Positions 25,023 through 46,948 are shown, counted from the first letter of the stretch. The stretch: 64,000 nucleotides of DNA from Eledone cirrhosa (GCA_964016885.1 OZ024741.1:65410001-65474000), one strand, 5' to 3'. Notes: generated by a model not told the origin, from the letters alone. A program made the numbers and translations.

Positions 25023-27151
25023 ATCATCATCACCGTTTTACGTCCGTTCTTCCACGCTAGCATGGGTTAGACGGGTTGTCCTGTTGTGGGCAGTGTCTGG
25101 TCGGCTGACCATGCCTTGCTCATACAGGAACTGATCTGGCTTGATTTCTACAGCTGGATGCCCTTCCTAACACCAACCTCATTTACAGTGAGTGCTGGGT
25201 GCTTTTTCGTGGCACCTACATGTCCACTTTACAGTGTGGGCTGGGTGCTTTTTTGCCGTGGCACCTCCACGGCCACCTTGCGGTGGGGGGGGGGGGGGCA
25301 TATTGTTTATATGCTTCAGCATGTACCCATGGGATGTCGGGTACCCTGTATTTGGGTAAGGTCGGCTTTTATCACCTCATCCCAAGTCATCTTGGGTCTC
25401 CCCACTCCGCGGTTTCCATCAACTTCTAGTGCTCTGCACCTTTTTATGCAGCTGTCATCCTTCATACGCATCACATGTCCATACCAGCGTAACCGCCTCT
25501 CCTGCACACAGCATTTGATTCCTCTTATGCTCAGTCTCTCTCTCAATTCCTTTATGCTTTGTCGTTCACGTATATTACTGTTACACATCCATCGGAGCAT
25601 GCAGGCTTCGTTTCTCTCTAATCTACGTAAGTCTTCCACCTTCAGCGCCCAGGTCTCACTACCATGCAGCATCGCTGTTCGGATACACGCATCATACAGT
25701 CTGCCTTTCATTCTGAGGGAGAAGCCTTTTGCAGCTAGCAGTGGTAGTAGTTCCCTAAACTTCTTCCATCCCGTTCTTACCCTAGTTATTGTACTTTCTG
25801 AGCACCCACCTCCGTTGCTAATTCGGTCACCTAGGTAGAAGAAGCTGTCTACTGTTTCTACAGGGCCCTCCCAGAGATTGGTGGTACTTGTTTCCTGTGG
25901 CTGTTTGCTTGCTGTTTCAGCACAGCTGCTGCATGTGAATCCTACATTCTTAATTAAGCTTCCTGAGATCCCGCTACATCTCTTGTGTACCCATTGTTTG
26001 CATTTGGGGCAGAGAATGGAGTTCCTACCTACACCTTTCCTACATACTGAGCAAGGCCATTTCCCTGAGGGGATCTGGGTTCTGTTTTCTCGTCTACTTA
26101 CAAGGACCTTAGTCTTTGTCATGTTGACTTTGAGGCCCTTTCTCTCTAGTCCCTGCTTCCAGGTTTGGAATTTATTCTCTAGTTCTACCATAGATTCAGC
26201 TATGAGTGCGAGGTCATCAGCATACAGGAGTTCCCATGGGCATCCGGTCTTAAACTCCTCCGTTATTGCCTGCAGGACTATGATGAACAGGAGAGGGCTA
26301 AGAACAGAGCCCTGGTGGACCCCAACCTGTACGCTAAATTCCTCGCTATACTCATTGCCAATCCTAACTTTGCTGACTGCTCCCCTATACATGGCTTGTA
26401 CCGCTTTCACAAGCCATTCATCTACTCCTAGTTTTCTAAGAGCCCACCAGATTACTGCAAGTGGAACTCTGTCAAAGGCTTTCTCAAGGTTGATAAATGC
26501 CAAGTAGAGTGGCTTACTTTTAGCTAGGTACTTTTCCTGTAATTGCCTCACAAGGAAGAGGGCATCAGTGGTGCCTTTCCCTGGTACAAACCCAAATTGC
26601 ATCTCGTCTATATTCACCCGGTCCCTAATCAGCTGTGCTATAACTCTTTCTGTTACTTTCATGACCTGGTCCATCAACTTTATACCTCTATAGTTTCCTC
26701 TATCTAGTGCATCGCCTTTACCTTTGTAGCAGTTGACAATGATGCTACTGCACCAATCTTTTGGTATGGCCCCTCTAGTATTACCTGGTTAACGATACGT
26801 GTGGTTATAGTGTGACCTACAGACCCAGATGCCTTCAGCATCTCGGCAGCTATACCCGATGGACCGGTTGCCTTCCCTATCTTCATATCTCTGATTGCCT
26901 TACTTACTACGCTGCCGCTGACTTGTACTGCTGGTCCCTCTATAGGGTCTACGTGGGGTAGGGTCTCTTCTTCCATGCATTCTCCTCATTTAGTAATCTA
27001 TCATAATGACTCTTCCATGCATCTTTCTTCTCAGCACTTGTGAGGGCAAGCTCACCTTTATCATTCCGGATACACTTCTCTCCAATGACATCACAACTAT
27101 CTCTGACACACTGCCTCGCAATCTTGAATACCTCCTGTTTCTGGTCCTCAT
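25023..27151 (-). mobile_element. RTE LINE family B, 5'-truncated
   Basis: ORF 25316-26677 almost identical to 15220-16368; intact tail; internal deletion near 25350; frameshifts upstream; 5' end abuts the giant (TA)n array. Confidence 0.95.
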
Positions 27152-34690
<7,539 letters not shown>

Positions 34691-36664
34691 ATGGAGGCAC
34701 ATGGCTTAGTGGTTAGAGCATTGGCCTTGCAATCGAAAGGTTGTGAGTTCAATTCTCAGACTGGATGATGTGTTGTTTCCTTGAGCAAGACACTTTATTT
34801 CATATTGCTCCAGTTTACTCAGCTGTAGAAATGAGATGATAGGACTGGGGTCCCTATCATTCCTCTGCAAAATGGTCGTGGAGGTGCCATGACAAAAAAG
34901 CACCCAGCCCACACTGTAAAGTGGACATGTACGCGCCACGGAAAAAAAAGCACTCAGCACTCACTGTAAATGAGGTTGGTTTTAGGAAGGGCATCCAGCT
35001 GTAGAAATCAAGCCAGAATCAGTTCCCGTCTCCCACCCTTACAAGCAGGGAAAAGCAGACTTAAAATGATGATGATGATGATAATGATGATATGTATTCT
35101 GCTAGTCACCCGCTCTCCGCTAGCTCACTTCCTCGTCTACCACTGTAAGCAGTCTCTTCTCTCTCTAATACGGCTACAGTGAAGATGTATCTTTTTTCTC
35201 TCGTCAAACTGAGTTGACTTGATATTTTTCCTATTTTTCCTCTCTTTACGTTGCTTCACCCTTTGTGTCTGTTTACATTTTTTCTACCCCCCCCCCCCTT
35301 TTTATCCCAATAACTTATTTTAGTTATTGTTCGCCCTAGGGTGAGGAATCTTGTCTCTAACGCAAAGAAATACCTATGATTTCTAGCAGACACCTGACGA
35401 TGGATACAATCCTCTTTCGCCTGTAGCTTTTATTTTTATTTTGCATTATATATATATGTATATAAGGCGGTGAATTGGCAGTATTGGTAGAGGGTTGGAC
35501 ACCATGATTTGATGCATAGAGTTACGGCCCTTGCCATTCTGAGTTCAAATCCCGCCGAGGTTAACTTTGTCTTTCATCCTTATGGGGTCGATAAAATAAA
35601 GTACCAGTAATGTACTGGGTAATTGCTGGCCTTGTGCCAATAGTAGAAACAATTATATATATATGTATATATATCATCATCATCATCATCATCATCATCA
35701 GGTTTAGCGTCCGTGTTCCACGCTTGCATGGGTTTGGACGGGGGTTTTCTACACGGGGGTTTCTAGTTGACTACAGCTGCATTTGAACTCAGGGAGCAGA
35801 AAAGAATACCACAGAGCATTCTATCCGGCATTCTAACCACTCCGCCTATTTGCTGCCTAGTCAAACTTATACCATATGCAAACAAGTTTTCAACAAAAAT
35901 AGTTTATTAATAAAATCTATTCGACTTTCAAGTCTTTCATACCTTGCTATCTTGGAATAAGTAAGCATCTATTAATGATTGTTTCTACTTTAGGCACAAG
36001 GCCAGCAATTACCCAGTGCGTTACTGGTACTTTATTTCATCGACCCCGTAAGGATGAAAGGCAAAGTCAACCTCGGCGGGATTTGAACTCAGATCGTAAA
36101 GGGACGTAACTATGCTGGAAAGCATGGCGTCCGACCCTCTACCGATACTGCCAATCCAATGATGAATGATAATGTTTGATATCAGTGTCTGGTTTTGTTC
36201 TACACTATAGTTTCATTAGAATAAAGTTAAAGATGTAAATATATTTCACAATATTCACACACATGCATAAATATTTGCAGATATACATGGAAAACAGAAA
36301 GACACATATTTTATTACAAACACAGAATCATATATATATATATTGCTATAATGAATTTATACAAAATTTTAGATATAAAAGTACACACATACACACACAC
36401 ATATATATATACACACACATGCAAATATTTTTTGATAAATATATATATATGTATGTATGTATATGTATACATGTGAATATTTTTAGATAAGCATATATAT
36501 ATGCTTATCCAAAAATATTTGCATATATTCACATATACTTATTTCTGATAGGCAAAAACTTTGACTAGAATTTAAATATGGAGATGTACGCAAGCATGCG
36601 CACACACACGCTCACACACACACACACATAAACACACATACACACACATACACACACACAGACA

Positions 36665-36713
<49 letters not shown>

Positions 36714-37992
36714 ACACACACACAGGCACTCTCTCTCTTGAATAATATTTGAATCATGTTTGTACTTGTCTGGAAATGAAATTATATATACATTAATGCC
36801 TGCAGACATGCATGCACACACATTTACATATACGTAAATTACACACACACACATGTAATAATTGTTTCTACTATTGGCACAAGGCCAGCAATTACCCAAT
36901 GAATTACTGGTACTTTATTTTATCGACCCCGTAAGGATGAAAGGCAAAGTTAACCTCAGCGGGATTTGAAATAATAGCTGTCATCATCTTACATCTGTTT
37001 TCTATGCTGCCAAGGGTTGAACAGGTTGCTATGATCTAAGATAAGATGTATGTACCTTGCTCATATATTCCATATTTTAGCCTGGTTTCTATGACCAAAT
37101 ACCTTTCTTAATTCCAACCATTTTACAGTGTGTTCTCAGAGCATTTTATCATGACATCAGCAAAATAGAGGTTGGCAAGTCCTTGTCAAGACCAAAGGGT
37201 CCTCTCTATCCGATGTTGTCTTGGTTTAATTGTCAACCACTTCGCATCAGGCACTAAGTGCATTTCATTATGACACCAAATCTAGAGAGGTTGTCCTTTT
37301 CACTTAAAGCTAAGAGAGAACTCCCCATTTTTGCAATCTTCAATCTAACACTTTTAATTTTAGCTTCACAGTGTTTGCACTGATGGATGGGATTTTTTGT
37401 AGTACAATGAGTCACCAGTCATCTTGATCCTGTCATCTCTTTTGTAAGCTTCAGTTTCTTGAGGGTCATTCTTTACATATTTATCCAGTACAATGTCTAT
37501 AGTTTTACTGAAAATATTCATCTGATAGATGAAATAAATTTTTACTGAAACTTGTAAGCACATACACACTATATGGAGTATTAAACCAAATTATTTTATG
37601 AATCTTATTTTTCCGTATATGGAAATTAATATTATTTTTATTATTATAATCTGTAAGGGGAGTGGATTGGCAGAGTTGTTAGTGTTGGACAAATGCATAG
37701 CGGTATTTTTTCCATCTCTTTAAGCACTTAGTTCAAATCTAGTTGAGGTAAACTTTGCCTTTCATCCTTTCAGGGTAGTTAAAATAAGTACTAGTCAAGT
37801 ACTGAGGTTTTTTCCCTCTTCAAAATTACTGGCCTTATACCTAAAGTAGAAATTCCTCTTCCCCTCCCATTCTTTTCTGACCCTATAGCCATTTCCTTTT
37901 CCTTCATTTTCTGTTTTTAAATATCTGTAGTGTTGTTGATTCTTGCAATCTTTATTAAATCCTGTATGTTAACACTTCATTATATTAAGGGA

Positions 37993-38111
37993 CGGTCTGA
38001 GTTCAAATCCCGCCGAGGTTAACTTTGCCTTTCACCCTTACGGGGTCGATAAAATAAAGTACCAGTAATGTACTGGGTAATTGCTGGCCTGGTGCCAAAA
38101 GTAGAAACAAT
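37993..38111 (+). mobile_element. 5'-truncated family-2 SINE with target-site duplication
   Basis: ttatattaagggac on both sides (about 37980-37993 and 38111-38124). Confidence 0.85.
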
Positions 38112-38442
38112 TATATTAAGGGACTGCTTTGTTAAAGGAAAATATATTTGATGAAATAAGAGATATATTTCTTCTAATATCTTTCATTAAATTATTAGAT
38201 GATTAGAAACTATGTATTGTAAATTTACATTGGATTTCATAAAATAGCAATATCTATTGTTTTCAAAATTAAGAGTAAGATCTAAAAACTTATCAATGTT
38301 TAAGTTTGTATTAATAGTAATCTTAGGGTGTGAATCTTTAAATAACTAAAAGTGATTCTTTCTGTAAATATCTAACTCTTGCTTATTAATATTATGTGCA
38401 ATAATTATCCCATTATCTCAATATAAATCATATTGTAAATTA

Positions 38443-38736
38443 CACTGGTCAACAGACTTTTTGCTGACTTGGGTTTTGTTGTTTCTAGCTAATTTTGAGA
38501 TGCTGATTTCAAATATGGCATCCATTTTTTCGTAACACATCAGGTTTTCATGTTTGTCTTTTACTCGGCTATCCCATAAACACAGGAAACAAACTATACC
38601 ATAGGAATACCATAGGAAAACTTGACATGATAGAAAAAATATATTGTCATTTTTAAACTCAGTGGCCCCAAATTAGTCAAGAACAGGTCTCAAACTTAGG
38701 TCAGTAGAATAACAAGCAAGATCTTATTGACCAGTG
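38443..38736. mobile_element. MITE with CACTGGTCAA TIRs and TTA target duplication
   Basis: tta-cactggtcaa ... ttgaccagtg-tta; superfamily uncertain (a 3-bp TWA TSD is PIF/Harbinger-like). Confidence 0.7.
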
Positions 38737-41407
38737 TTATTGAATTCATAATATAATATATATAGAATATAAATATTATTAAGCTTAACAATTTTTACAG
38801 AGTCTATTCACCATACCAGAAGAATTAGAATAATTTTCCTTTAACTCTTTAGCATTTACATTACTCTATATTTGCTATTGTATTTTCATGATAAAGGCTT
38901 TACCTCACATAATTATTTCACATAATATTGTATCTATGAGATTTTGATATTATTTATTTTGAAAACAATACCTTAACATAATTTTGAGCAGCCGGTTACA
39001 GCCGGTTTGAACAGAAAGAGGTGAGAGAATCCTGGCCGGATATGGCTGGTTTAAATGCTAAAGGGCTAACCAGTATTTACAGCTAATGACTCAATTTCTA
39101 AAGAGCATATCAAGTTCTCCAAGAAGCTAAGATTTAACAAGGATCAGACGAGCAAATATTGACAACAGTGGAGTACATTCAACAATGATGAAGATGGAAA
39201 CAAGAATAATGGTCATATTATGGAATCATCTATTACAGAAAATATAGAAAACATCACCATCAGGACCCTATATCTACAATTTTTTCTTAATGAGCAAATG
39301 AGCACCACATCAAATAACCTCCAATATACAGAAGCAGAAAAAAATGTACATAAATTCAAAGAAAATTACTGCTGTTTGACAATAGTTTCGTAACATTCAA
39401 CAGTGCATTTTCCAACCAAATAACACATTGATTATCTAGATTTTTTTTTACAGTTGGCCATTATCTGCTTGTACTTATTTAACAAAAAAAAACTTATTTA
39501 ACAACAAAATATGAATGAACATTCTTACAAACAAGTTTATGTAAATTTTTCCTTGATTGATGTTGTAAATTAAAGTAAATCAATTTTGTTCTATTTCACA
39601 TATGTACTTACAAACCACATGCTGTGTAATTATTTTACAGGAGGATTGGTAGAATAGGTAGAGCGTCGGACAACATGCTTAGCGACATAGAGTTATGGCC
39701 CTTTACGTCCTGAGTTAAAATTCCACCAATGTTAGCTTTGCCTTTCATCCTTACGGGTTCGATAAAATAAAGTACCAGTCATGCACTGGGGTCGATTTAA
39801 TTGACTTTCCCCTCCCCCAAAATTGTTGGCCTTGTGCCTAAATCAGAAACCATTATTTAACCAACAAGATTTGAAAAGATCTATTTTCTGTTGGTATACA
39901 ACAAATATTTTAAGACAATTTGTTTTTCCTGCTAAAGCAGGGGTTGCCATTGCAGGTCCCTTGACAAGCTTCATGCTCCCATGGGGTCATTCTGAAGCAA
40001 TCTTTTATGATTAAATGTATTTCCTGGTGCCAAAGTTTTAGTCACCACTTACAGCATGAAGAGATAAACCAGATACACACAGCCAGCTCTCAGTATGTGG
40101 GAAATAAAAAAATAAAAAAATTACATTTATGTATTTCTTCTGCAAGCTCAAAGATAACCTAAACAAAAGTGCAAGTATGATGATTTAAATGGTTCCAGCA
40201 TCCTTGGTCAACCTTTTGAATCTTAAACACTTTCTCATTTTTATTTTGTCCTGTCAAAATGCCAGAAGGCTTATCTGGTGAATAGTGTTTTAGGGTTCCT
40301 TAATCAGTTAGATGTATTTATGTCCATAGAGATTGTGAAGGGGTCATAAAACCTTGTCAATCATTCCTAGAAGATGTGGAAAAGTATATCAGTGAAAACT
40401 TTTCACAGTTTACATAACTGTTTAAAAGCGATGTTGTTTTTCATACTGATGACAATCAAGGTTCTATAGAGTTGCAGTTATAGCATTTGATAACTGACAA
40501 TTCTTTTGAGTTTTGTTTTCAAAATATGAAAAATTCTTTGTGCATTTATTTGGCACTCCTTCATCACTACTGATTGCAGTGGGAGAGTACTCATTTTCAA
40601 AGCATTTGAAATTAACTAATGAGTACGATGAGTCTGTGTGAAATAGTCATTTCCAGTACCATCAACAGGTTTGCTCATGCTAAATCATGATGAGAGGATT
40701 TTATCCTGAAATATTAAGGACAAATTAACCACCAGGGTAATATTCTAATAACTTTGTTATTATTATTTTCAACATTTAATGTCCTATTTGTATTGCTGTT
40801 GCCTTCTAAAAAATACACTTCCCATAATGCAAACTACAACATCTTAATATGTATGTGCATTAAAAAAAATTGGGGGGCTCTTTTAATCTAATTTTGTGCA
40901 GTAAGTTTAGATTTTGTGCCAAATACTACATATGCTTACAAGACAAAAGATGTTTGAAAGACTTATGAAATTCATAAAATGTTAAAAATAGCCATTACAA
41001 ATGCTTCTCAGACACAGAATATTAACCCTTTAGCCTTTATATTACTCTATATTTACTATTATATTTTCATGGTAAAGGCTTTATCTCACACAATATTGAA
41101 TCTATGAGAGTTTGATATTATTTATTTTGAGAATAATACCTTAACATCGGTATGAGCGGCCAGTTACAGCTGGTTTGAACAGAAAGAGGTGAGAGAATTC
41201 TGGCTGGATATAGCTGGATTAAATGCTAAAGGGTTAAACACTGGGTCATGGAACCTGCATCAATTGACCATATATTTCCCTTACAATGATTTGTGGAGTT
41301 CTAAAATGTCCTTAAAATAAATCATGCTTTATAACAAATATTGCAGGACCTGCTATATTTTAATTCAACCCTGGGCATAACATTGATTATGTACATTACC
41401 ATAACTG

Positions 41408-41970
41408 TGTCGGGTCACTCTTGAGTGCTACTGGTAACATGTAACCCAGTACAACCTGTCACATGGCCGGGTCGTTTGGCAACTAAACCGACAACCCCAC
41501 CAAGTTTACTTAGTGAGGAGGGTGATTTTGGATACCCTGCAGGACAAAAAACAAAACCTGACAAAGGGCGGAAGAACTTATAAGAGTCAACGGCCATCCA
41601 CAAATGGGTAAATATGTATATACACGTGTACATATGTATGTATATATGTATATGCATGTGTGTATGTGTATGTGCGGGGACATAGAAATAGTTGGGCTGG
41701 ATACCCAATCGCGCGGTTAAACTACTGGGAGTGAAGGATCCTTAGCCTTCGTCAGGACATTCTTCTAGGAGAAGGCAACTCAGGAAACTGGGATAACTCC
41801 AATATAAAATCTGCAGCTCAGTATTTACTGATGCTGATTATCTTTTCTTCTTTTCGGGTTATAGCTACTTTCACTCAGAGAGTGAGATTGGCTCAGTGCA
41901 CGGTTTTTCCACACTTTAAAAAAATCTTCATGTACAGGCATTGCACGATAGCATTAATTGATAATTATTA
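41408..41970 (+). mobile_element. Unclassified non-autonomous retroelement resembling an RTE 5' UTR
   Basis: GC-richer structured segment; ctaggagaaggcaactc resembles a motif I recall from RTE 5' UTRs; no ORF. Confidence 0.4.
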
Positions 41971-42718
41971 ATAAAGTTATATGGCCATACTCGATAACGA
42001 GGGGTCAGCCATTATGTATGTATGTATGTGACATTGAATATGTGCATGCCCATAACTGTATGTGTGTTGTGTTTGTGTGTGTGTGTATTATTGAATATGT
42101 GCATTGTCATAACTATGTGTTTGTGAGGGAGTGAGTGAGTCAGTATGTATGTGCATAACATTAAATGTATGCATTACCCTTATTTTCTGTCAGTATGTGT
42201 GTGTATATATATATATATGTGTGTGTGTGTGCACGTGTGTGTCAGTGGGTGTGATAATTATATAGCAATATAATTATCACAATGGTTTCTAATTTATCAC
42301 AAGGCAAGCAATTGTGTGATGGATTGGGGGGGGGGGTCGATTGGATCAACCACAGTATTTGACTGGTACCCTATTTTATTGAACCTGGAAGGATGAAAGG
42401 CAAAGATGACCTTGGTAGGATTTGAATTTAGAACATAAATAGTCATAAACAAATGATGTATGATAAATAAAACTAGGTGTGGGATGTGGGTGGGGATGGG
42501 AATAGTGGGGAGGAATTGCTGTTACCACCTGTACATTATTTTATAGTATTTTAATCTAGATGTCTACTGACTCAGAGAAGAAAGAGGTTGGCTTTGATTA
42601 ATTGAGACAGAAAGTTAGACTTTCTGTAAAATAAAAAGAAATTCAATAACCAATATAGGCACAGTTTCACATATATATACATATATATTTACATATACAC
42701 ATATATACATACACGCAT

Positions 42719-42753
<35 letters not shown>

Positions 42754-42876
42754 TATACACATATACAAATACATAAATATATATATGTGCCCACATATAC
42801 TTGTAAGTATACATGTATATACACATATACATGCAAATATGCACTCATACATATACATACATATATGTACACACAC

Positions 42877-42937
<61 letters not shown>

Positions 42938-43311
42938 GCACACATATACATGCAAATATACACATATAAACGCATACATATACATATGCACACACGCACA
43001 AGCACACACATATATATACATACACATACAAATATGTATATACATATATACACATATCATACACACATATATACACATATGCACATATACACATGCAAAT
43101 AAACATGTATAATATACACACATACTCACATATACACATAGCCACAACAGTAGATTCACAAATAATACAATGCCAGACTTTGTATAAATAAAACCCAGAC
43201 AATGTCAACAACAACAGCAACAACAATAATAATAGCAATGTCAACAACAACCATAACAATAACAATATATAATTTTAAAAGGTTTGTGGATGTATGTGTT
43301 TAACTAAGTAG

Positions 43312-43708
43312 ACACCTTGCTCTCCAACCAACAACTGATTCTATTTTTCAAATACTATTTTGGAAGAAGAGGATGGAGAGAGAGGTGCTGTACCCCAGCA
43401 AGTTTTATGAAAGGTGGGTGAAAGTGGCGAGAATGGCCCGAGTGAATGGGCCTTCTCTCTATATCAGCCTGTAGGTTGAGGAAAAGGAGGAGGAGAGGGA
43501 AGGAGTACAAACTCTTCGTACTCCTGGAGATGAGGGTTGCACATTTTTTCGGGGGTATGTGTTACCCATATGAACTGTCTCCCCCTATTGGGGAAAATCG
43601 ACTAATTTTTAAATTGCATTTGTGATATTTTACACGTTTTTATTGTATGTAAACTTCCCTCTTTGTATTTGTCCCTTTCTTTTGTGCCCATGTGGCTAAT
43701 AAAGAAAC
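43312..43708 (+). mobile_element. Tx1/L1-like LINE 3' fragment
   Basis: Reads ...VLYPSKFYERWVKVARMARVNGPSLYISL*, a FxxRW-type ORF2 C-terminus, then a T-rich UTR and aataaagaaa. Confidence 0.55.
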
Positions 43709-45339
43709 ATATCTATGCAGGTATAGCATAGAAACATTCCATAAAGAACAACTAAACAAGAACAATATAAATAAAGTAAAAACAAATATAATAATTTTAA
43801 ATACTCTACTTTGTTAATGTTTGTGTTTGTATGTGTGTATATATATAAATAGATACCTTCTCTGTTGAGGCAGAAATGAGAAAAATTAATATCGACTTCA
43901 TCAAGTCATTGCTCAGATTCCAATATATAGATACATCTATTTGTGAATAATGGAGATTGAACAAATATTTTCCCTATTTTGGTTTTTTCTCTATATGTTG
44001 TATGTCTTGTCTCATTCTTGTAAAAACATGTCAGAAATATAAAATGCCTTAATTTTTTATCTTTGCTATTTATGCATCATTCGCCATGCTTTGCAACATA
44101 GAGTTACATCCCTTTACTTCAAATCCCGCCGAGGTTAACTTTGCCTTTCATCCTTATGGGGCCAATAAAATAAAGCAGCAGTAATGCATTGGGGTAATTG
44201 CTGGCCTTGTGCCAAAAGTAGAAACAATTATACTATATAAATATATATATAATTAGTAACCCCACTACCCGGGAGCTTCCAACAGACATGGTCGCATTCT
44301 TTAAGGGTATGTCAATATTTGTTTATAAAACTGATCTATATTATATTTTATCTGATGAAAGCGCACCATAATTTGCTTTGGTGTCCTTGAAATATGTATA
44401 ATGAAATAAATATGGTTTTATAAATATAGTTTCCATTTGTTAATATATTGTATATATATATATAGAACAAAATTACATTGATGTCCTTATTCTGAAACTC
44501 TGCTTTAGAGTGTCTAGCCAGAATGGTCTAAAGCCACGATTCCCCCCACCACCAAACACACACACACTGACCAATAAAGCCTGTCAACAGAAAGAAAAAA
44601 AAAATCAATGTTTTCTTTAAGGAGAGGAAAATATGCTTTGATTAAGGTTAGTGTTTTAAAAAGTGAAATGATTTTTTGATTTTTTTTTTGTTATCAAAAT
44701 TTTATATTCTGGGAAGATTAGCAGTGAGTTCTTACAGCCTTTGTTATCTTTCATTCGAAGTCTCTGCATTCTGAGTTCAAATCCTGACACGGTCAACTTT
44801 GCCTTTCATCATTTCGGAGTGGATAAATAAAATATCAGAAGTGAGAGCGTCTTCTCCCCATTTTTAAAGTTGGTGGAGCCCATCCCCTCACCAAGTCTGA
44901 ACACAGCATATTTCTTCCAGAGAAAGCGAGAGGTTGATAGAGAGAAGAAGTGAGAAAGAGATATAAAGGAAGAAACGACTCCAGTATTGGACTGGTACTT
45001 TTTTTTTATCAATGTCATAGGATGAAAGACAAAGTCGATCTTAATAGGATTTTAACTCAGAGTGCAGAAAGCTGGAACCAATACTATATAACATTTTATC
45101 CAATGTTCTAATGACTTTGCCAATTTGGCACTTATTGATATTGCACTTTTGTTTAAAAATTGTTATTTTCATACATAAAAATTGCTGTTTTTTTTATTTG
45201 GTTTTGTATTTCTTTGCAAAAGATACCTTCAGAACACATCTCAATATTACAAAAATGAATGGGAAACAGGTTTTACATTATGGAATTCTATGTTACAATA
45301 AGATTTTCAGGAATGGAATGTTTCTGTAATGTGGGAGAT

Positions 45340-45657
45340 GCTTGTATATCTATGTATAGGTGACTTTCAGAAACATTTTCATGCTCAGAGTTGCTGAAGC
45401 ATGGAACAAACCACCTGCATCGATTGTTAGCTACATCCTTCAAAATGTCCTTGCTTGCCGAAATTCGCCAACATTATACCTGATATTCCCCCTCCATACA
45501 CACACATGCATGTGTCTGTTTGTATGTCATGACTCGTACACTGTTCACTTTCCTGACATTTATATATTATTATTATTCTATGTACTATACATGTACCTTT
45601 GATGAGTTGTAGTGCACCTGAGCACTGTACACAATGATTTTCATTATTATTATTATA
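45340..45657 (+). mobile_element. CR1/L2-like LINE 3' end
   Basis: FRNIFMLRVAEAWNKPPASIV matches the CR1 C-terminal FFxxRVxxxWNxLP motif; (ATT)n tail. Confidence 0.8.
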
Positions 45658-45881
45658 TGGGTGGTGGATTGGCAGTATCGGTAGAGAGTCGGACACCATG
45701 CTTTGAAGCATAGAGTTACGTCCCTTTATGATCTGAGTTCAAATCCCGCCGAGGCTAACTTTGCCTTTCATCCTTACGGGGTCGATAAAATAAAGTACCA
45801 GTAATGCACTGGTTAATTGCTGGCCTTGTGCCAAAAGTAGAAACAATTATTATTATTATATGTATGTGTGTGCCTGAGTAT

Positions 45882-46200
45882 ATATAAGGTCGACCCAAAA
45901 GTAAAGATACTGATTTTCCTATGTACGACATGGTAACAACACCTCGTTGATGTAAAGGCATATTGGGTATGACATTGGTTGCATGTACATACTTGTTTTA
46001 ACATGATTAATTGAATCAGTCGTGACTTATTACTATTTATGTACAGACATGTTTATAACCTCTGTTATGTTTGTGATGCAGGAAAATATCGGACAAATTT
46101 TGTGTGAAACTCAACAAATTTGTCACTGAAAAATTTTATTCTTTAACCCAAGCTTATGGAGATGCCAGTCTATTTTACGGCTGACTTTGCCAAAAATTAA
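45882..46200 (+). mobile_element. Internally deleted mariner element
   Basis: TA + aggtcgacccaaaagtaa TIR-like start; KFCVKLNKFVTEKFYSLTQAYGDA near 46094-46165 resembles the mariner N-terminal HTH. Confidence 0.7.
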
Positions 46201-46685
46201 AAACAAAATTTGTTTTCACTTTAACATAGTGGATACATAAATACATTCGTGAGTTTTGTATTGAAAAACAATAACATTATAATAATATTATTAATATTCG
46301 ATTCATTTACAAGCAAACATCCTCAGAATGCCATGGTTTTAGACGGCAAAGCCAGCCATGAAATCGCTTGGTATGTAAATTAGGCTAATCAGCCAATGTA
46401 TACTTTAGAGAATACTATATATTCTCAACAATTCTAGTGTGTAGCAGAAAGAGGAGAGATACACAATCTTAATAAGGGACAGTAACCTGAAACATTTGTC
46501 GATTGTTTCTCTCTGCTACTGCTAGAACAAAAGGATGATGATAGTCATCTAAAACACACTTTTATGAGGTTGCTTGTTTATAAACAAATTGAATATTAAT
46601 AATATTATTGTAATTTGATATAAAACTCAGGAATGCATTTACATATGTTAGAGCGAAAACAAATTTGGTATATATATATATATAT

Positions 46686-46943
46686 CGTGTAGGTGTCACA
46701 ACAAAAAAACACACAGTCCACGCTGTAATGTGGTCGTGTAGGTAACACGGTAAAAAGCTCCCAGTCCACACTGTAAATGTGGTTGGTGTTAGGAAGGGCA
46801 TCCAGCCGTAGAAAACCTGCCAGATAGTCCTATACGAGTGAGACACGGTCACCCGACCAATCTTGCCTCGAGTGGGACAACTCCCATCTAACCCATGCTA
46901 GCGTGGAAGATAGACGGTAAACGATGATGATGATGATGATGAT
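46686..46943 (+). mobile_element. RTE family A-type 3' UTR/tail in (TA)n
   Basis: Matches 24490-24746. Confidence 0.85.
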
Positions 46944-46948
46944 ATATA

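Noticed and set aside
34693-34765. tRNA-Ala gene
   Set aside because: Acceptor and anticodon stems do not pair and it continues into a SINE body; it is a SINE head
36476-36519. 44-bp palindrome centred on (AT)n; similar short hairpin near 42251-42280
   Set aside because: Short AT-rich palindromes are expected in this composition
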